The notes beneath the pieces are model-generated. The model saw nothing but the letters and a program-made list of their open reading frames with translations, searched no databases and was not told where the DNA came from. A stretch of 64,000 nt of DNA from Candidatus Omnitrophota bacterium (GTDB taxonomy: Bacteria; Omnitrophota; Gorgyraeia; Gygaellales; Profunditerraquicolaceae): contig VGKG01000001.1 in the NCBI GenBank assembly GCA_016867115.1, positions 109,403-173,402 of the forward strand. Reading direction: 5' to 3'. This document shows, piece after piece, positions 9,889-20,662 of this stretch. Made by a program: the position numbers and the translations under genes. Positions within the stretch are counted from its first letter, which is position 1. Each line of letters starts with the position of its first letter.

Positions 9889-10914
9889 TCAATGTTTTTT
9901 CCGCACGATATTGACCCGCTTCTCTTCTATCTCGCCGACAATCTCTTCGATGAGGTCCTCGAGCGTGACCAGGCCTACGGGTTTCTTATGCGCTTCGGTG
10001 ACGATGGCGATCTGGAGCTTATCCTGCTGGAACTTCTTCAGCAGCTCGTTTACCCGCATTGACTGCGGTGCAAAGTAGGCCTCGCGCAGGAGGTCCTGCA
10101 CTAGAAAGAGCCCCTTATCCTTTAAGAGATACAGCAGGTCTCGGGCATGGATCACTCCGACGATATTATCCGGATTGTCCTTATAAGCAGGCAGGCGTGC
10201 ATGCCCCTCCTCCACAAAGACCTTAAGCAGGTCATCCGGCGAGATATCTACGCTGACACAGACCATCTTTTCGCGGGGGACCATCACATCCCCGACCTTA
10301 GTATCCCCGAACTCAAAGATACGCTGCAGCATCTTTCCTTCTTCATCGCTTAAAAATCCCTCTTCCTTGCCGAGCTCTATCATCAACCGCAGTTCCTCTT
10401 CGGTGATCAGAGGCGAGCGCTTGGCCGGTTCAATACGCAGCATCTTGATCAGGAGTTTGCTTGCAGCGTCAAAGATAATGGTGATGGGCCGCGAGACATT
10501 GATAAAGGCCTCCATAATAGGCGCCACAAAAAGGGCGAGCTTATCCGTATGCTTGATCGCCAGGATCTTCGGAGTGATCTCGCAGACGATGACGATAAAG
10601 AATCCTGTAGCAAGGGCGGCGATCAGAACGCCCCACTGATAACCGAAAGCATAGACGCAGATGCCGGTAACGATGGCGGACATGGCGATATTGACGAAAT
10701 TATTCCCTACCAGTATCGCCACGATGAACTTATCGAGCTTTGTGATCAGGCGCTGCACGCTCTGGGCGCGCTTGATCCCGCGCGCAAGCATGTGGCGCAG
10801 GCGGATCTTGCTTATTCCGATAATAGAGGTCTCAGAGGCGGAAAGCAAAAATGAGACAAGCGCAAACACAGAGAGGAGGATTAAAGTCAGGGGTAAAGAA
10901 AATACGGTCTGCAT
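9889..10914 (-). CDS. CNNM/DUF21 + CBS-domain protein (hemolysin/CorB family)
   Basis: LSASETS, ILVGNNFVNI, EITPK and tandem CBS domains ending GLVTLEDLIEEIVGEI. Confidence 0.85.
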   Translation of the reverse strand: MQTVFSLPLTLILLSVFALVSFLLSASETSIIGISKIRLRHMLARGIKRAQSVQRLITKLDKFIVAILVGNNFVNIAMSAIVTGICVYAFGYQWGVLIAALATGFFIVIVCEITPKILAIKHTDKLALFVAPIMEAFINVSRPITIIFDAASKLLIKMLRIEPAKRSPLITEEELRLMIELGKEEGFLSDEEGKMLQRIFEFGDTKVGDVMVPREKMVCVSVDISPDDLLKVFVEEGHARLPAYKDNPDNIVGVIHARDLLYLLKDKGLFLVQDLLREAYFAPQSMRVNELLKKFQQDKLQIAIVTEAHKKPVGLVTLEDLIEEIVGEIEEKRVNIVRKKH

Positions 10915-10915
10915 C

Positions 10916-12184
10916 CTAATTAAATTTTAACCGGCGGTAAATCTCATTATCCCGGCCCTCTAACGGCCCGATCAGGGCAAGGTTCAGTTTTTCTTCTTTA
11001 AAAATGTGCCTTGAGGCTTTACGGATATCCTCAAGAGTCACGGCGCGCACCTGGCGGATCACTTCATCCAGGGTATAAGTCTTATCCAGGGCTGCGGTGT
11101 ATTCACCGATCCAGAGCATATACTCCATGGTGTCTTCGAGGGCAAGCGCAAGCTGTCCCAGATAAAACTCTTTTGCCCGCTTAAACTCGCCGGGAGTGAC
11201 CGGTCCTCTTAAGGTCTTTTGCAGTTCTTTTAAAATCAGCTGCAGGGTCTGCGGGACTTTGCGGTTATCGATGCCGGCATGCACGATAAAAGCCCCGGTA
11301 TCATTAAAACGCCTTATCGAAGTGCCGATATCATAAGCAAGCCCCCTCTTCTCGCGCAGTTCATTAAAGAGCCGGCTGGACATATTCGCGCCCAGGATTA
11401 TGTGCAGCAGGCTTAAGGCATACTTTAAGCTGTGACCCCGGCTTAAGGCGTGAAACCCCATGGCCAGATGCGTCTGTTCGGTATCCTTGGGGAATATTTT
11501 AAGCTGCGGCCTGGCCTGTTTTTCCCTGGCCTTAAGAAATGCGCTTGCCCCGGTTCCGTCGCTGCGGCGAAAAGTTTTCTCCACCAGCGCGGTAAATCGA
11601 TCAAAATCGAACTTTCCCGCAACGCTGACCACCATATTCGGAGTAGAATAATATTTTTCCTTAAACGCTGAAAGGAGCGGCCGGTCAATAGCCTTTATGG
11701 ATCGCTCTGTGCCGATGATCGGCTCACCCAAAGGCTGACCAGGCCAGAGGAGCTGATCCAGTAATTCATGGACATAGCTCTGGGGAAGGTCGCGGTGCAT
11801 TTTTATCTCTTCCAGCACCACCTTCTTCTCTTTCTCGATCTCCTGGGCAGGGAGGCGCGGATGCAGGACCATGTCCGCTAAGACTTCAAGCCCGGCTGTA
11901 AGATGGCGGCAGGGGACCTTGACCAGATAGCAGGTCAACTCTTCCGAAGTAAAACCGTTAAGGTAGCCGCCGATACCCTCTATTGATTCCTTGATCCTGC
12001 GGCAGGAGAACTTTTTGCTTCCTTTAAAAAGGATGTGCTCTAAGAAGTGGCTGATGCCTTTGGTGGCGGAGGGCTCGTATCTGGCGCCGGCATTGATCCA
12101 GATGCCTAAAGAGAGTGACTCCCGGTCAGGCATGGGGTGGCCGATGATCTTTAGCCCGTTATCCAGCTTTACTTTTTTATACAT
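10916..12184 (-). CDS. M16 family (pitrilysin-like) zinc peptidase
   Basis: HFLEH inverted zincin motif and SSRLFNELREKRGLAY. Confidence 0.9.
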   Translation of the reverse strand: MYKKVKLDNGLKIIGHPMPDRESLSLGIWINAGARYEPSATKGISHFLEHILFKGSKKFSCRRIKESIEGIGGYLNGFTSEELTCYLVKVPCRHLTAGLEVLADMVLHPRLPAQEIEKEKKVVLEEIKMHRDLPQSYVHELLDQLLWPGQPLGEPIIGTERSIKAIDRPLLSAFKEKYYSTPNMVVSVAGKFDFDRFTALVEKTFRRSDGTGASAFLKAREKQARPQLKIFPKDTEQTHLAMGFHALSRGHSLKYALSLLHIILGANMSSRLFNELREKRGLAYDIGTSIRRFNDTGAFIVHAGIDNRKVPQTLQLILKELQKTLRGPVTPGEFKRAKEFYLGQLALALEDTMEYMLWIGEYTAALDKTYTLDEVIRQVRAVTLEDIRKASRHIFKEEKLNLALIGPLEGRDNEIYRRLKFN

Positions 12185-12969
12185 TATCCTTTAAGAATGC
12201 GTATAAAATTCCCCGCCCGCCTGACCATGTCGGGCCTTGAGAGATTATCCCTGATATTTTTGACGATCGCGCTTCCGACGATGACTCCGTCGGCGAACCG
12301 CTGGATCTGCCTTACCTGCTTCCGGCTTGAAACGCCGAAACCCACGCATAAAGGCTTATCCGTAATGTTCTTCACCGCTTTCAGGTCGCGGATCAGGTCT
12401 GCAGGCAGGCGCGAACGCGCGCCGGTGACCCCGGTAAGCGAGACATAATAAATGAAGCCGCGGCTGGCTTTGGCGATACGCTTCATGCGCTCGCGGCTGG
12501 TAGTAGGCGCGATGAAAAAAATCACGTCTAAACCTTTTTTATTGGCAAAAGCGACTAAAGGCCTGCCTTCTTCCGGAGGCAGGTCAGGCACGATCACCCC
12601 GTCTACCCCCGAGCCCAGGGCAGTCTCGACAAACTTTTTCTCGCCGAAACAGAAGATGGGATTGTAATAGGTCATCAGGCAGATGGGCATGGACACGTTT
12701 CTACGCACCCTCTTGACCAGATTCAGGATGCCGGTAAGGTGCGTACCTTTTTTAAGGGCTATAAATGAAGATTCCTGGATGACCGGGCCGTCAGCCATGG
12801 GGTCGGAAAAAGGAACCCCCAGTTCGATAATATCCACTCCCGCCTTATCGAACTCACGGATGAGCTTTTCCGTCACGCCAAGATTCGGGTACCCGGCGGT
12901 GATAAAGGCGATAAAGGCCTTTTTCTTAAGCTTCTTCAATTCCCTGAACTTCTTCTCTATCCTATTCAT
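12184..12969 (-). CDS. trpA: tryptophan synthase alpha chain
   Basis: [24 protein letters not shown] and GFGVS. Confidence 0.95.
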   Translation of the reverse strand: MNRIEKKFRELKKLKKKAFIAFITAGYPNLGVTEKLIREFDKAGVDIIELGVPFSDPMADGPVIQESSFIALKKGTHLTGILNLVKRVRRNVSMPICLMTYYNPIFCFGEKKFVETALGSGVDGVIVPDLPPEEGRPLVAFANKKGLDVIFFIAPTTSRERMKRIAKASRGFIYYVSLTGVTGARSRLPADLIRDLKAVKNITDKPLCVGFGVSSRKQVRQIQRFADGVIVGSAIVKNIRDNLSRPDMVRRAGNFIRILKG

Positions 12970-14146
12970 ATTTCAATTTGCGGGTGACAATACCCAGGTC
13001 CTTATCTCCTCTGCCGGAAAGACAGACGACCACAATAGAGTCCTTGCGGATGGACCGGCTTAATTTCTTAAGATAGGCCACTGCGTGCGCGGATTCCAGG
13101 GCCGGGATAATGCCTTCGAGTTTAGAAAGCATCGTAAAACCTTCCAGGGCCGCGGCGTCATTGACCGCCACATATTTTGCCCGGCCGATTTCTTTATAGT
13201 AGGCATGCTCCGGCCCTACCCCGGGATAATCCAAGCCCGCGGAAATAGAATGCGTGGGGCTGACCTGGCCGAATCTGTCTTCAAGGAGACCGGATTTTGA
13301 GCCGTGCAAGACTCCGACGTCACCGCTGACAAGAGTTGCGGCGTGCTTTCCCGTTGACAGGCCCGTCCCTGCGGCTTCAACGCCGATAAACTTTACTGAC
13401 TCTTCCTTAAAAAAGGTGTGGAAGAGGCCCATGGCATTGCTTCCGCCGCCGACACAGGCGACCAGATAGTCCGGGAGCCGCTTCTCTTTTTTCAGCAGCT
13501 GCTGTTTTGCTTCGCGGCCGATCACTGCCTGAAAATCCCGCACCAACATGGGATAGGGATGCGGTCCGGCGACGCTGCCGATAATATAGTGCGTGTGGCG
13601 CACATTGGTCACCCAGTCGCGCAAAGCCTCGGTCATCGCATCCTTCAGGGTCTTTGAGCCCGAGCTTACCGGAATGACCCTGGCGCCCAGAAGCTGCATC
13701 CGGAAGACATTCAGTTTCTGGCGCTCCATATCCTCGGTACCCATAAAGATATCGCACTTTAAACCGAACATCGCCGCAACCGTTGCCGTGGCTACACCGT
13801 GCTGGCCTGCGCCGGTCTCGGCAATCACCCGCGGCTTCTTCATCCTGAGAGCCAGAAGTACTTGCCCCAGGGTATTATTGATCTTATGCGCGCCGGTATG
13901 CAGCAGGTCTTCCCTTTTTAGATACACCCGTTTTAATCCCAGATACCGGCTTAAATTCTTCGCCAGATATAAAGGCGTAGGGCGGCCTGCGTATTCCCTT
14001 AAGTAATAATCCAGTTCCCGGCGAAAACGGGGGTCGCGCTTGGCCCTGCGGTATTCTTTTTCCAACTCATCCAGGGCATAGATGAGGGTCTCCGGCACAA
14101 ACCTTCCGCCAAAACCGTTAAAATGGCCTGATTTATCGGGTAGCAT
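12962..14146 (-). CDS. trpB: tryptophan synthase beta chain
   Basis: [12 protein letters not shown] lysine and AETGAGQHG. Start placed at MLPDKSGHF (14146). Confidence 0.95.
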   Translation of the reverse strand: MLPDKSGHFNGFGGRFVPETLIYALDELEKEYRRAKRDPRFRRELDYYLREYAGRPTPLYLAKNLSRYLGLKRVYLKREDLLHTGAHKINNTLGQVLLALRMKKPRVIAETGAGQHGVATATVAAMFGLKCDIFMGTEDMERQKLNVFRMQLLGARVIPVSSGSKTLKDAMTEALRDWVTNVRHTHYIIGSVAGPHPYPMLVRDFQAVIGREAKQQLLKKEKRLPDYLVACVGGGSNAMGLFHTFFKEESVKFIGVEAAGTGLSTGKHAATLVSGDVGVLHGSKSGLLEDRFGQVSPTHSISAGLDYPGVGPEHAYYKEIGRAKYVAVNDAAALEGFTMLSKLEGIIPALESAHAVAYLKKLSRSIRKDSIVVVCLSGRGDKDLGIVTRKLKYE

Positions 14147-14165
14147 CTCTTCCTTTCCTGGAAAA

Positions 14166-14786
14166 TTATCTCTTTGACTTTGCTGCTTTAATGAACACCC
14201 GGATCTTCTCGTGGTCTTTTTTACCCGGCGAAGTTTCCACGTAACTGCAGACATCTACCCAGTCCGGACGGGTTACTTCAATGGCCTTGCGGACATTGCC
14301 TGCGTTCAGGCCGCCGGCTAAAAAGATCGGTTTTTTGATACCGACAAGACAGCTTAAAATGTCCCAGTTAAACTTCCTGCCTGTCCCGCCTTTTTTAAAG
14401 ACGGAGAAAGTGTCAAACAGATAGGCAAAAGTCTTGTATCTTGTGATCTCGCTAAGATTGATCTTATCCTTGATATGAAAGGTCTTAATGATCTTGTATT
14501 TTTTGAACTTACGGCAGAACTCCGGGGATTCATTGCCGTGAAACTGCAGGATATTCAGATTGCAGAAACGGGCGATCTGGCGGATCTGGTCTGCCTTGGC
14601 GTTCACAAATACGCCGATCTTGACCGTAGTCAAAGGTAATTGCCGGATGATGGCATGCGCCTTTTCCGGAGAGATGTAGCGGGGGCTCTTTTTGTAAAAA
14701 TTAAACCCCAGGGCGTCGCAGCCGGCTTTAACAGATGCCTTGGCATCTTCCAGATTCGTTATCCCGCAAATTTTTACTTTGACCAT
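14166..14786 (-). CDS. trpF: phosphoribosylanthranilate isomerase
   Basis: VKICGIT, QFHGNE, GGTG and LAGGL. Confidence 0.95.
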   Translation of the reverse strand: MVKVKICGITNLEDAKASVKAGCDALGFNFYKKSPRYISPEKAHAIIRQLPLTTVKIGVFVNAKADQIRQIARFCNLNILQFHGNESPEFCRKFKKYKIIKTFHIKDKINLSEITRYKTFAYLFDTFSVFKKGGTGRKFNWDILSCLVGIKKPIFLAGGLNAGNVRKAIEVTRPDWVDVCSYVETSPGKKDHEKIRVFIKAAKSKR

Positions 14787-14794
14787 ACAGTTTT

Positions 14795-14819
14795 CTTTCC
14801 CCTGCCTACTAACTACTGA
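14795..14819 (-). repeat. heptamer micro-array, single arm (CAGTAGT TAGTAGG CAG family)
   Basis: Follows the trpC stop; the same motif occurs at 20630-20660 and 63536-63564. Confidence 0.65.
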
Positions 14820-14823
14820 AGTG

Positions 14824-15615
14824 CTACCATCCCATTAGCTCTTCTACCTTACGATTCAGGTTTTCCGCTTCCATAAAGGCTTCGCCGATCAGGACTGCGC
14901 TCACCCCCAGGATCTTTAAGAATAGCACATCCTGATGCGTCTTAATACCGCTTTCTACGACTACTACTCTATCCTTGGGCACCAGGGGGAAGAGCTTTTC
15001 CGTAGTCTTAATATCCACCTCAAAGGTGTGCAGGTCGCGGTTATTGACGCCGATCAATGAGGCGTCTTTAAGCTTCAGGATTTTTTTAAGCTCTTTTTCC
15101 GTATGTACCTCGACCAGGCAATCCATCTTAAGGGCCTTGGCTATCTCTAAAAATGCGGATATCTCATCCTGGGTCAGGATATCCGCGATCAGAAGGACGG
15201 CGTCCGCGCCGAAATAGCGCGATTCATAGACCTGGTAAGGATCGATGATAAAATCCTTTCTTAAGACCGGGCAGGTGACGGTCTTTTTCACTTCATTGAT
15301 GTAGGAAAGGTTTCCCTGAAAGTAATCCTCTTCGGTCAGGACCGAGACCGCCTGCACCCCGAGCTCCTGATAGACAGAAGCGATCTGCTGCAGGTTAAAA
15401 TCCTGCCGGATTACTCCCTTCGAAGGCGAAGCCTTTTTGATCTCGGCGATGAGGCTGATCTGGCGCGGCTTATTGATCGCCTGCAGGAACGGACGGGCAG
15501 GCTCTGCCCCCTGAGCGATCATCTTTAACTGCTCTTCGGGAAGGCTCTGTTTAGCCAGGACGATCTTTTCCTTCTTCTTCGCGATTACTTCCTTTAAAAA
15601 ATCTGTTTTTTTCAC
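14824..15615 (-). CDS. trpC: indole-3-glycerol phosphate synthase
   Basis: IAEIKKASPSKG, LRKDFI, GVNNRDL and ESGI. Confidence 0.95.
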   Translation of the reverse strand: MKKTDFLKEVIAKKKEKIVLAKQSLPEEQLKMIAQGAEPARPFLQAINKPRQISLIAEIKKASPSKGVIRQDFNLQQIASVYQELGVQAVSVLTEEDYFQGNLSYINEVKKTVTCPVLRKDFIIDPYQVYESRYFGADAVLLIADILTQDEISAFLEIAKALKMDCLVEVHTEKELKKILKLKDASLIGVNNRDLHTFEVDIKTTEKLFPLVPKDRVVVVESGIKTHQDVLFLKILGVSAVLIGEAFMEAENLNRKVEELMGW

Positions 15616-16622
15616 AGGTTGGAAAACTCCTCTAATTTTTCGAACCTTTCCATCGCTCTTCCTGAGTCGATGGATAGCTCTGCCAATTCAATGCCTTCCT
15701 TGATGGTATCTACTTTATCCGCAGCATAAATGGCTGCTCCGGCATTTAAAAGCACGATATCGCGCGCCGGGCCGGTTTTGCCGTTTAAGCAATCAAGGAA
15801 TATCCGGGCATTGGCAAAGGCATCGCCTCCGGCAAGGTCCGCTAATTTTACCCGGGTAAATCCGTAATCTTCCGGACGGATACGGTAACTTTTTATTTCG
15901 CCTTTATATGACTCGGAGATTATGGTCTCGGAGGTGGTGGTGATCTCATCCAACCCGTCATCACCGTGCACTACCAGGGCGTGCACAGTGCCGGCATTGG
16001 CCAGAGTCCGGGCCAGGAGCTCGGTCTTTGCCGCGTCAAAAACGCCCACCAGCTGATGCGTGGCACCCGCAGGGTTAGTCAAAGGCCCCAGGATATTAAA
16101 GATAGTGCGCCGGCCCAGCTCCTTCCTGGCAGGCATGGCGTATTTCATCGCCGGATGTAAGTTGGGAGCAAAAAGAAAAGCGATCCCCACCTCATTCAGG
16201 CACGCTTCTAACTTTTCCACCGGCAGGCAGATATTTACGCCGAGCGCCTCCAGGATGTCGGCGCTTCCGGAGCGGCTGGTCACCGAACGATTCCCGTGTT
16301 TTGCCACGGCAATGCCGGTACCACTGACTACAAAGGCAACGATGGTAGAGACATTAAAGGTGCCCTGGGCATCCCCTCCTGTGCCGCAGGTATCCAGAAG
16401 GACTTTATGCTTCGTGCGCACAGGAGTGACGTGCCGGCGCATCACCTCTACTGCCGCAGTCAGCTCCTCTACGGTCTCGCCTTTATCGCTGAGCGCGGCT
16501 AAAAACGCGACGATCTTGCGGGTCTCTGCCTTGCCAGACATGATCTCTTCCATCACGGCAGTCATCTGCCCAGAGTCCAGGTCCTTTCCCGCAGAGATAA
16601 TCGCGGTCGCCTCTTCGATCAT
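15612..16622 (-). CDS. trpD: anthranilate phosphoribosyltransferase
   Basis: [13 protein letters not shown] and [15 protein letters not shown]. Confidence 0.95.
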   Translation of the reverse strand: MIEEATAIISAGKDLDSGQMTAVMEEIMSGKAETRKIVAFLAALSDKGETVEELTAAVEVMRRHVTPVRTKHKVLLDTCGTGGDAQGTFNVSTIVAFVVSGTGIAVAKHGNRSVTSRSGSADILEALGVNICLPVEKLEACLNEVGIAFLFAPNLHPAMKYAMPARKELGRRTIFNILGPLTNPAGATHQLVGVFDAAKTELLARTLANAGTVHALVVHGDDGLDEITTTSETIISESYKGEIKSYRIRPEDYGFTRVKLADLAGGDAFANARIFLDCLNGKTGPARDIVLLNAGAAIYAADKVDTIKEGIELAELSIDSGRAMERFEKLEEFSNL

Positions 16623-17182
16623 AATTTTAGGAAGTTAGCTAAAATATCTTTACCGGATCTAGTCAGGATGGATTCCGGATGGAACTGTACTCCCCACAAA
16701 GGATATTTTTTATGTTTTAGCCCCATGATCTCTTTTTCTCTGGTCCAGGCAGTGATCTCAAGGCAGCCAGGAAGGCTCTTCCTCTCCACTACCAGCGAAT
16801 GATACCTGGTCGCCTCAAAGGGATCGGGAATACCCCGGAAGATATCCTTTTTGTTATGATAGATCATCGAGGTCTTTCCGTGCATCAGGCGCCTGGCGAT
16901 CACGATCTTTCCGCCGTAGGCATAACCGATCGCCTGATGGCCGAGGCAGACCCCGAGGATAGGGACTTTTCCGGCAAACCCCCGGATCACCTCACAGGAG
17001 ATACCGGCATCTTCCGGACGGCCGGGGCCGGGTGAGATCACTATTCTTTTAGGCTTAAGCCGCTTTATCTTTTGTACGGTGATCTTATCGTTCCTGAAGA
17101 CCCGGATATCCGCGCCCAATGCGCCCAGATACTGCACCAGGTTATAGGTGAATGAGTCGTAATTATCGATCATCAGAATCAT
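16619..17182 (-). CDS. trpG: anthranilate synthase component II (glutamine amidotransferase)
   Basis: [23 protein letters not shown] and QFHPES. Confidence 0.93.
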   Translation of the reverse strand: MILMIDNYDSFTYNLVQYLGALGADIRVFRNDKITVQKIKRLKPKRIVISPGPGRPEDAGISCEVIRGFAGKVPILGVCLGHQAIGYAYGGKIVIARRLMHGKTSMIYHNKKDIFRGIPDPFEATRYHSLVVERKSLPGCLEITAWTREKEIMGLKHKKYPLWGVQFHPESILTRSGKDILANFLKL

Positions 17183-17211
17183 ACTTGTCTTTCCATGGAC
17201 TAGTTACTAAG

Positions 17212-18474
17212 CTATTCTTTTTCTCTCCAGACCCGGGCGCCGAGTTTCTTAAGCTTCTCTTCCACATTTTCATAACCCCGCTCAAGGTGATAGATCCTTG
17301 AGACAGTGGTCTTTCCGCGGGCGGCTAAACCTGCCAGGACAAGGCAGGCGGAAGCGCGCAGGTCTGAGGCCATGACCGGAGCGCCGGATAAAACATCAAC
17401 TCCCTGGATGATCGCATGCGGGCCTTCCTTCTGGATATTTGCGCCCATACGGTTAAGTTCAGCCACATGCACGAACCTGTCGGGGTAGATCTTCTCGGTG
17501 ATCACGCTTGTGCCTGAAGTTACACTCATCAGGGCCATGAGCTGAGCCTGCATATCCGTCGGTAGCCCGGGATAGGGAAGTGTAGTCACATTCACCGCTC
17601 TTAATGGCTTACTGTAACGCACGCGGATAGAATCGTCGGGTTTGGTAATTACGGCGCCCGCCTCTTCCAGTTTATCGATGAGGGCGCCCAGGTGCTTAAA
17701 GTTTACATTCTTTATCAGGATGTCACCCCTGGTGATCAGGGCTGCGATCATCAGGGTGCCGGCTTCGATGCGGTCAGAGATGATGGTATGGCTTGCGCCG
17801 TGCAGCCGCTTGACCCCTTCGATCTCAATGATCGGCGTGCCATGGCCCCTTATCTTTGCGCCCATCTTGATCAGGAACTCTGCCAGATCCGCTACTTCCG
17901 GCTCGCAGGCAGCGGATTCAACCACGGTCTTGCCCTGCGCCAGGACAGCTGCCATCATCACGTTATCGGTTGCCAGCACCGAAGAGCCGTATACTCCGCC
18001 CAGGTAAATGTGCGCGCCTTTGAGTCTATCCGCATTCGCCACCACATATCCGCTATCGATATCCACATCTGCGCCGAGAAGCTTGATCCCCTTAAGATGC
18101 AGGTCTACCGGACGGTTTCCGATGACGCAGCCGCCGGGAAGCGAAACCTTGGCTTTCTTAAGTTTGCCCAGCAGCGGGCCAAGGACACAGAAAGAAGCGC
18201 GCATGGTGGACACAAGCTTATAATCTGCGACGTGATTAAGCTTCTTTGAGCCGGTAACAGTCAGGACCCCGTTTTCAAACTCCACGTTTTTACCCAGTGA
18301 GCGCAGGATCTTGACCATGGTGTTGGTATCCCGTAAGAAAGGCACACCCTTGATCACGCAGGCATCATCAGTAAGCAGGGTCGCGGCCATGATCGGAAGA
18401 GCCGCATTTTTCGCACCGCTTACCGTGACCTCGCCTTTAAGTTTTACTCCGCCTTCAATGGCTAATTTATCCAC
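17212..18474 (-). CDS. murA: UDP-N-acetylglucosamine 1-carboxyvinyltransferase
   Basis: SGAKNAALP, LPGGCVIGNRP and DLRASA. Probable GTG start at 18474. Confidence 0.95.
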   Translation of the reverse strand: MDKLAIEGGVKLKGEVTVSGAKNAALPIMAATLLTDDACVIKGVPFLRDTNTMVKILRSLGKNVEFENGVLTVTGSKKLNHVADYKLVSTMRASFCVLGPLLGKLKKAKVSLPGGCVIGNRPVDLHLKGIKLLGADVDIDSGYVVANADRLKGAHIYLGGVYGSSVLATDNVMMAAVLAQGKTVVESAACEPEVADLAEFLIKMGAKIRGHGTPIIEIEGVKRLHGASHTIISDRIEAGTLMIAALITRGDILIKNVNFKHLGALIDKLEEAGAVITKPDDSIRVRYSKPLRAVNVTTLPYPGLPTDMQAQLMALMSVTSGTSVITEKIYPDRFVHVAELNRMGANIQKEGPHAIIQGVDVLSGAPVMASDLRASACLVLAGLAARGKTTVSRIYHLERGYENVEEKLKKLGARVWREKE

Positions 18475-18490
18475 CCCGCCCTTCCTCTCC

Positions 18491-19327
18491 TTATGACACC
18501 CGCCCATTAGAGGGGCGGGGTCCATCTTTTTTCCTTTGCGCTACGACCACTCTTTCGATATTATTGTAATCTTTGACCACCTCTATTATCTCAAATTTTT
18601 TGGATTTTTGAAAAACTTTTTCGATTTTTCCCCTCTGTCCGATGCCTATCTCAAAAAGCAGAAAACCTCTTTGCCTAAGAAAGGACGGGGCATCCCGGAT
18701 GATGCGGCGGTAGAAATCCAGGCCGTCTCCTCCGCCGTCAAGGGCGATCCTGGGCTCATAGCTGGTCTCAGGCTGTAAATTTTTGATCTCTTCGCTGGCA
18801 ACGTAAGGCGGGTTGCTGATGATGCAATCGTAATCCGTATTCCGTAATCCGTATTCCGTAAATAAATCACTCTGGAAAAATGCGATTTTTTGCTCTACAT
18901 TGTTAAGTCTCGCATTACTTTCTGCCAACCTTAAAGCTTCTGACGATATGTCAATCGCGGTCACTTCTGAATTGGGTATTAATTTTGCCAGACAAACCGC
19001 AATACACCCTGATCCTGTTCCAATATCTAAAATCTTTAAGCTGGTGACCTTCTGACGCGGTGACTTGGCGGCGTATTTTAGGGCTGTCTCAACCAGGATC
19101 TCGGTCTCCTGACGGGGGATCAGGCAGCGGCGGTCCACCTTGAATCCCAGGCCAAAAAAATGAGCCGTACCGAGTATATACTGGATGGGCTCATGTTTGA
19201 TCCTTCTTTTCAAAGCTGAGGCTATTTTTAAAGCGGATCCTCTGTCTAAGGAAAGTTCTTTATCCTGGTAAAGCTCAAGCCTGCTCAAACCCAGGACATG
19301 AGTAAAGAGTAGCTCTGTCTCCGTCAT
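18491..19327 (-). CDS. prmC: release factor glutamine methyltransferase
   Basis: [16 protein letters not shown] and SNPPY; lies downstream of prfA. Confidence 0.95.
   Translation of the reverse strand: MTETELLFTHVLGLSRLELYQDKELSLDRGSALKIASALKRRIKHEPIQYILGTAHFFGLGFKVDRRCLIPRQETEILVETALKYAAKSPRQKVTSLKILDIGTGSGCIAVCLAKLIPNSEVTAIDISSEALRLAESNARLNNVEQKIAFFQSDLFTEYGLRNTDYDCIISNPPYVASEEIKNLQPETSYEPRIALDGGGDGLDFYRRIIRDAPSFLRQRGFLLFEIGIGQRGKIEKVFQKSKKFEIIEVVKDYNNIERVVVAQRKKDGPRPSNGRVS
18829..18863. repeat. in-frame heptamer array inside prmC
   Basis: cgtaatc cgtattc cgtaatc cgtattc cgtaaat. Confidence 0.85.
19041..19072. repeat. in-frame octamer array inside prmC (NNNGTGAC family)
   Basis: ctggtgac cttctgac gcggtgac ttggcggc. 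Confidence 0.65.
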
Positions 19328-20394
19328 TTATGCGCATTCGCCTGTTTCTTCTCCGCCTCCGCCTTGATCAGGGCGTCGGAGAGCTCATCCAGGTCTCCTT
19401 CGAGTATCGCTTCCAATTGGTGCGAAGTGAAATTGATCCGGTGGTCCGTGACCCTGCGGTCGGGGAAATTATAGGTGCGGATCTTTTCGCTGCGGTCTCC
19501 GGTGCCGATCTGGGTCCGGCGCGCCTCGGAGAGCCTGCGCGACTCCTCTTCTATCTTCATATCCATGATCCGGGCTGCCAGGATCCTTAAGGCCTTGGCC
19601 TTATTCTTGATCTGGGAGCGCTCATCCTGACAGGCGACTACTACACCGGTAGGGATGTGGGTGATCCTTACCGCGGAATCCGTCTTTTGCATATGCTGGC
19701 CGCCGGGGCCGGATGAACGGTAGGTGTCGATACGCAGGTCATTCGGGTCGATAGTCAGATCCACTTCTTCGGGTTCGATGAGGACGGCGACGGTAGCGGT
19801 AGAAGTATGTATCCGCCCTTGAGCTTCCGTCTCCGGAACGCGCTGCACGCGGTGCACCCCGCTTTCGTATTTCAGGCGCTTGTAGGCGTCTTTACCTTTG
19901 ACGCTAAAGGCAACTTCCTTAAGGCCTCCGGACTCGTTTGAGCTTGAAGACATCAGTTCCACGTTCCAGGCTTTATTGGCGGCGTACTTGGTGTACATCC
20001 GGTAAAGGTCTGCGGCAAAGAGCCCCGCCTCATCCCCTCCGGTACCGGGCCTGATCTCGACGATGATGTCCCTTCCGGCATAAGGGTCTTCTTCGACAAG
20101 GGCCTCTTTAAGCTTCTGCTCAAGATCCTTTTTCTTCTCCCCCAGAGTTTCGAGCTCTTTTTTAGCCAGGTCCAGGAACTCCTTGTCGTGCTTCTCTTTG
20201 AGCACTACCTCAAGCTCAGCTGCCTCTTTTTCTATCTGCTTAAACTCGCGAAACATGGCAACTTTTTCGCGCAGAGACGACAGCTCCTTGGCGTATTTGC
20301 TGGTCAGCCTCTGGTCAGCATGCACCTCGGGAGAGGCTAAAAGATGTTCCAGCTCCTCGTAACGGGCTTCAATTTTCCGCAGTTGGTCGATCAC
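19324..20394 (-). CDS. prfA: peptide chain release factor 1
   Basis: PET specificity loop, GGQ motif and RTYNFP. Confidence 0.95.
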   Translation of the reverse strand: MIDQLRKIEARYEELEHLLASPEVHADQRLTSKYAKELSSLREKVAMFREFKQIEKEAAELEVVLKEKHDKEFLDLAKKELETLGEKKKDLEQKLKEALVEEDPYAGRDIIVEIRPGTGGDEAGLFAADLYRMYTKYAANKAWNVELMSSSSNESGGLKEVAFSVKGKDAYKRLKYESGVHRVQRVPETEAQGRIHTSTATVAVLIEPEEVDLTIDPNDLRIDTYRSSGPGGQHMQKTDSAVRITHIPTGVVVACQDERSQIKNKAKALRILAARIMDMKIEEESRRLSEARRTQIGTGDRSEKIRTYNFPDRRVTDHRINFTSHQLEAILEGDLDELSDALIKAEAEKKQANAHK

Positions 20395-20399
20395 GCGTT

Positions 20400-20600
20400 T
20401 TACTTCTTCCCGTACTTCTTCATGAACTTATCCACTCGGCCGGCAGAATCCACGAACTTCTGCTTCCCGGTGAAGAAGGGGTGGCACTTGGAGCAGATCT
20501 CAACGCGGATACTGGGTTTAGTGGAACGCGTGCGGATAGTCTCCCCGCAGGCGCAGACGATGGTGGCTTCCTTGTAATTGGGATGGATCTTCTCTTTCAT
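20400..20600 (-). CDS. rpmE: 50S ribosomal protein L31 (zinc-binding type)
   Basis: MKEKIHPNY...CACG...[10 protein letters not shown]. Confidence 0.95.
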   Translation of the reverse strand: MKEKIHPNYKEATIVCACGETIRTRSTKPSIRVEICSKCHPFFTGKQKFVDSAGRVDKFMKKYGKK

Positions 20601-20629
20601 TCTTATTCCTCCGGATTATTTGTTTTTAT

Positions 20630-20660
20630 CTTTCCCTGCCTACTAACTGCTACCTACTGC
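20630..20660 (-). repeat. heptamer micro-array, single arm, after the rho stop
   Basis: Minus strand GCAGTAG GTAGCAG TTAGTAG GCAGGGAAAG. Confidence 0.7.
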
Positions 20661-20662
20661 TT

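Noticed and set aside
17193-17214. ccatgga ctagtta ctaagct at the murA-trpG junction as another heptamer array
   Set aside because: Only three highly degenerate units, which cannot be told apart from chance.
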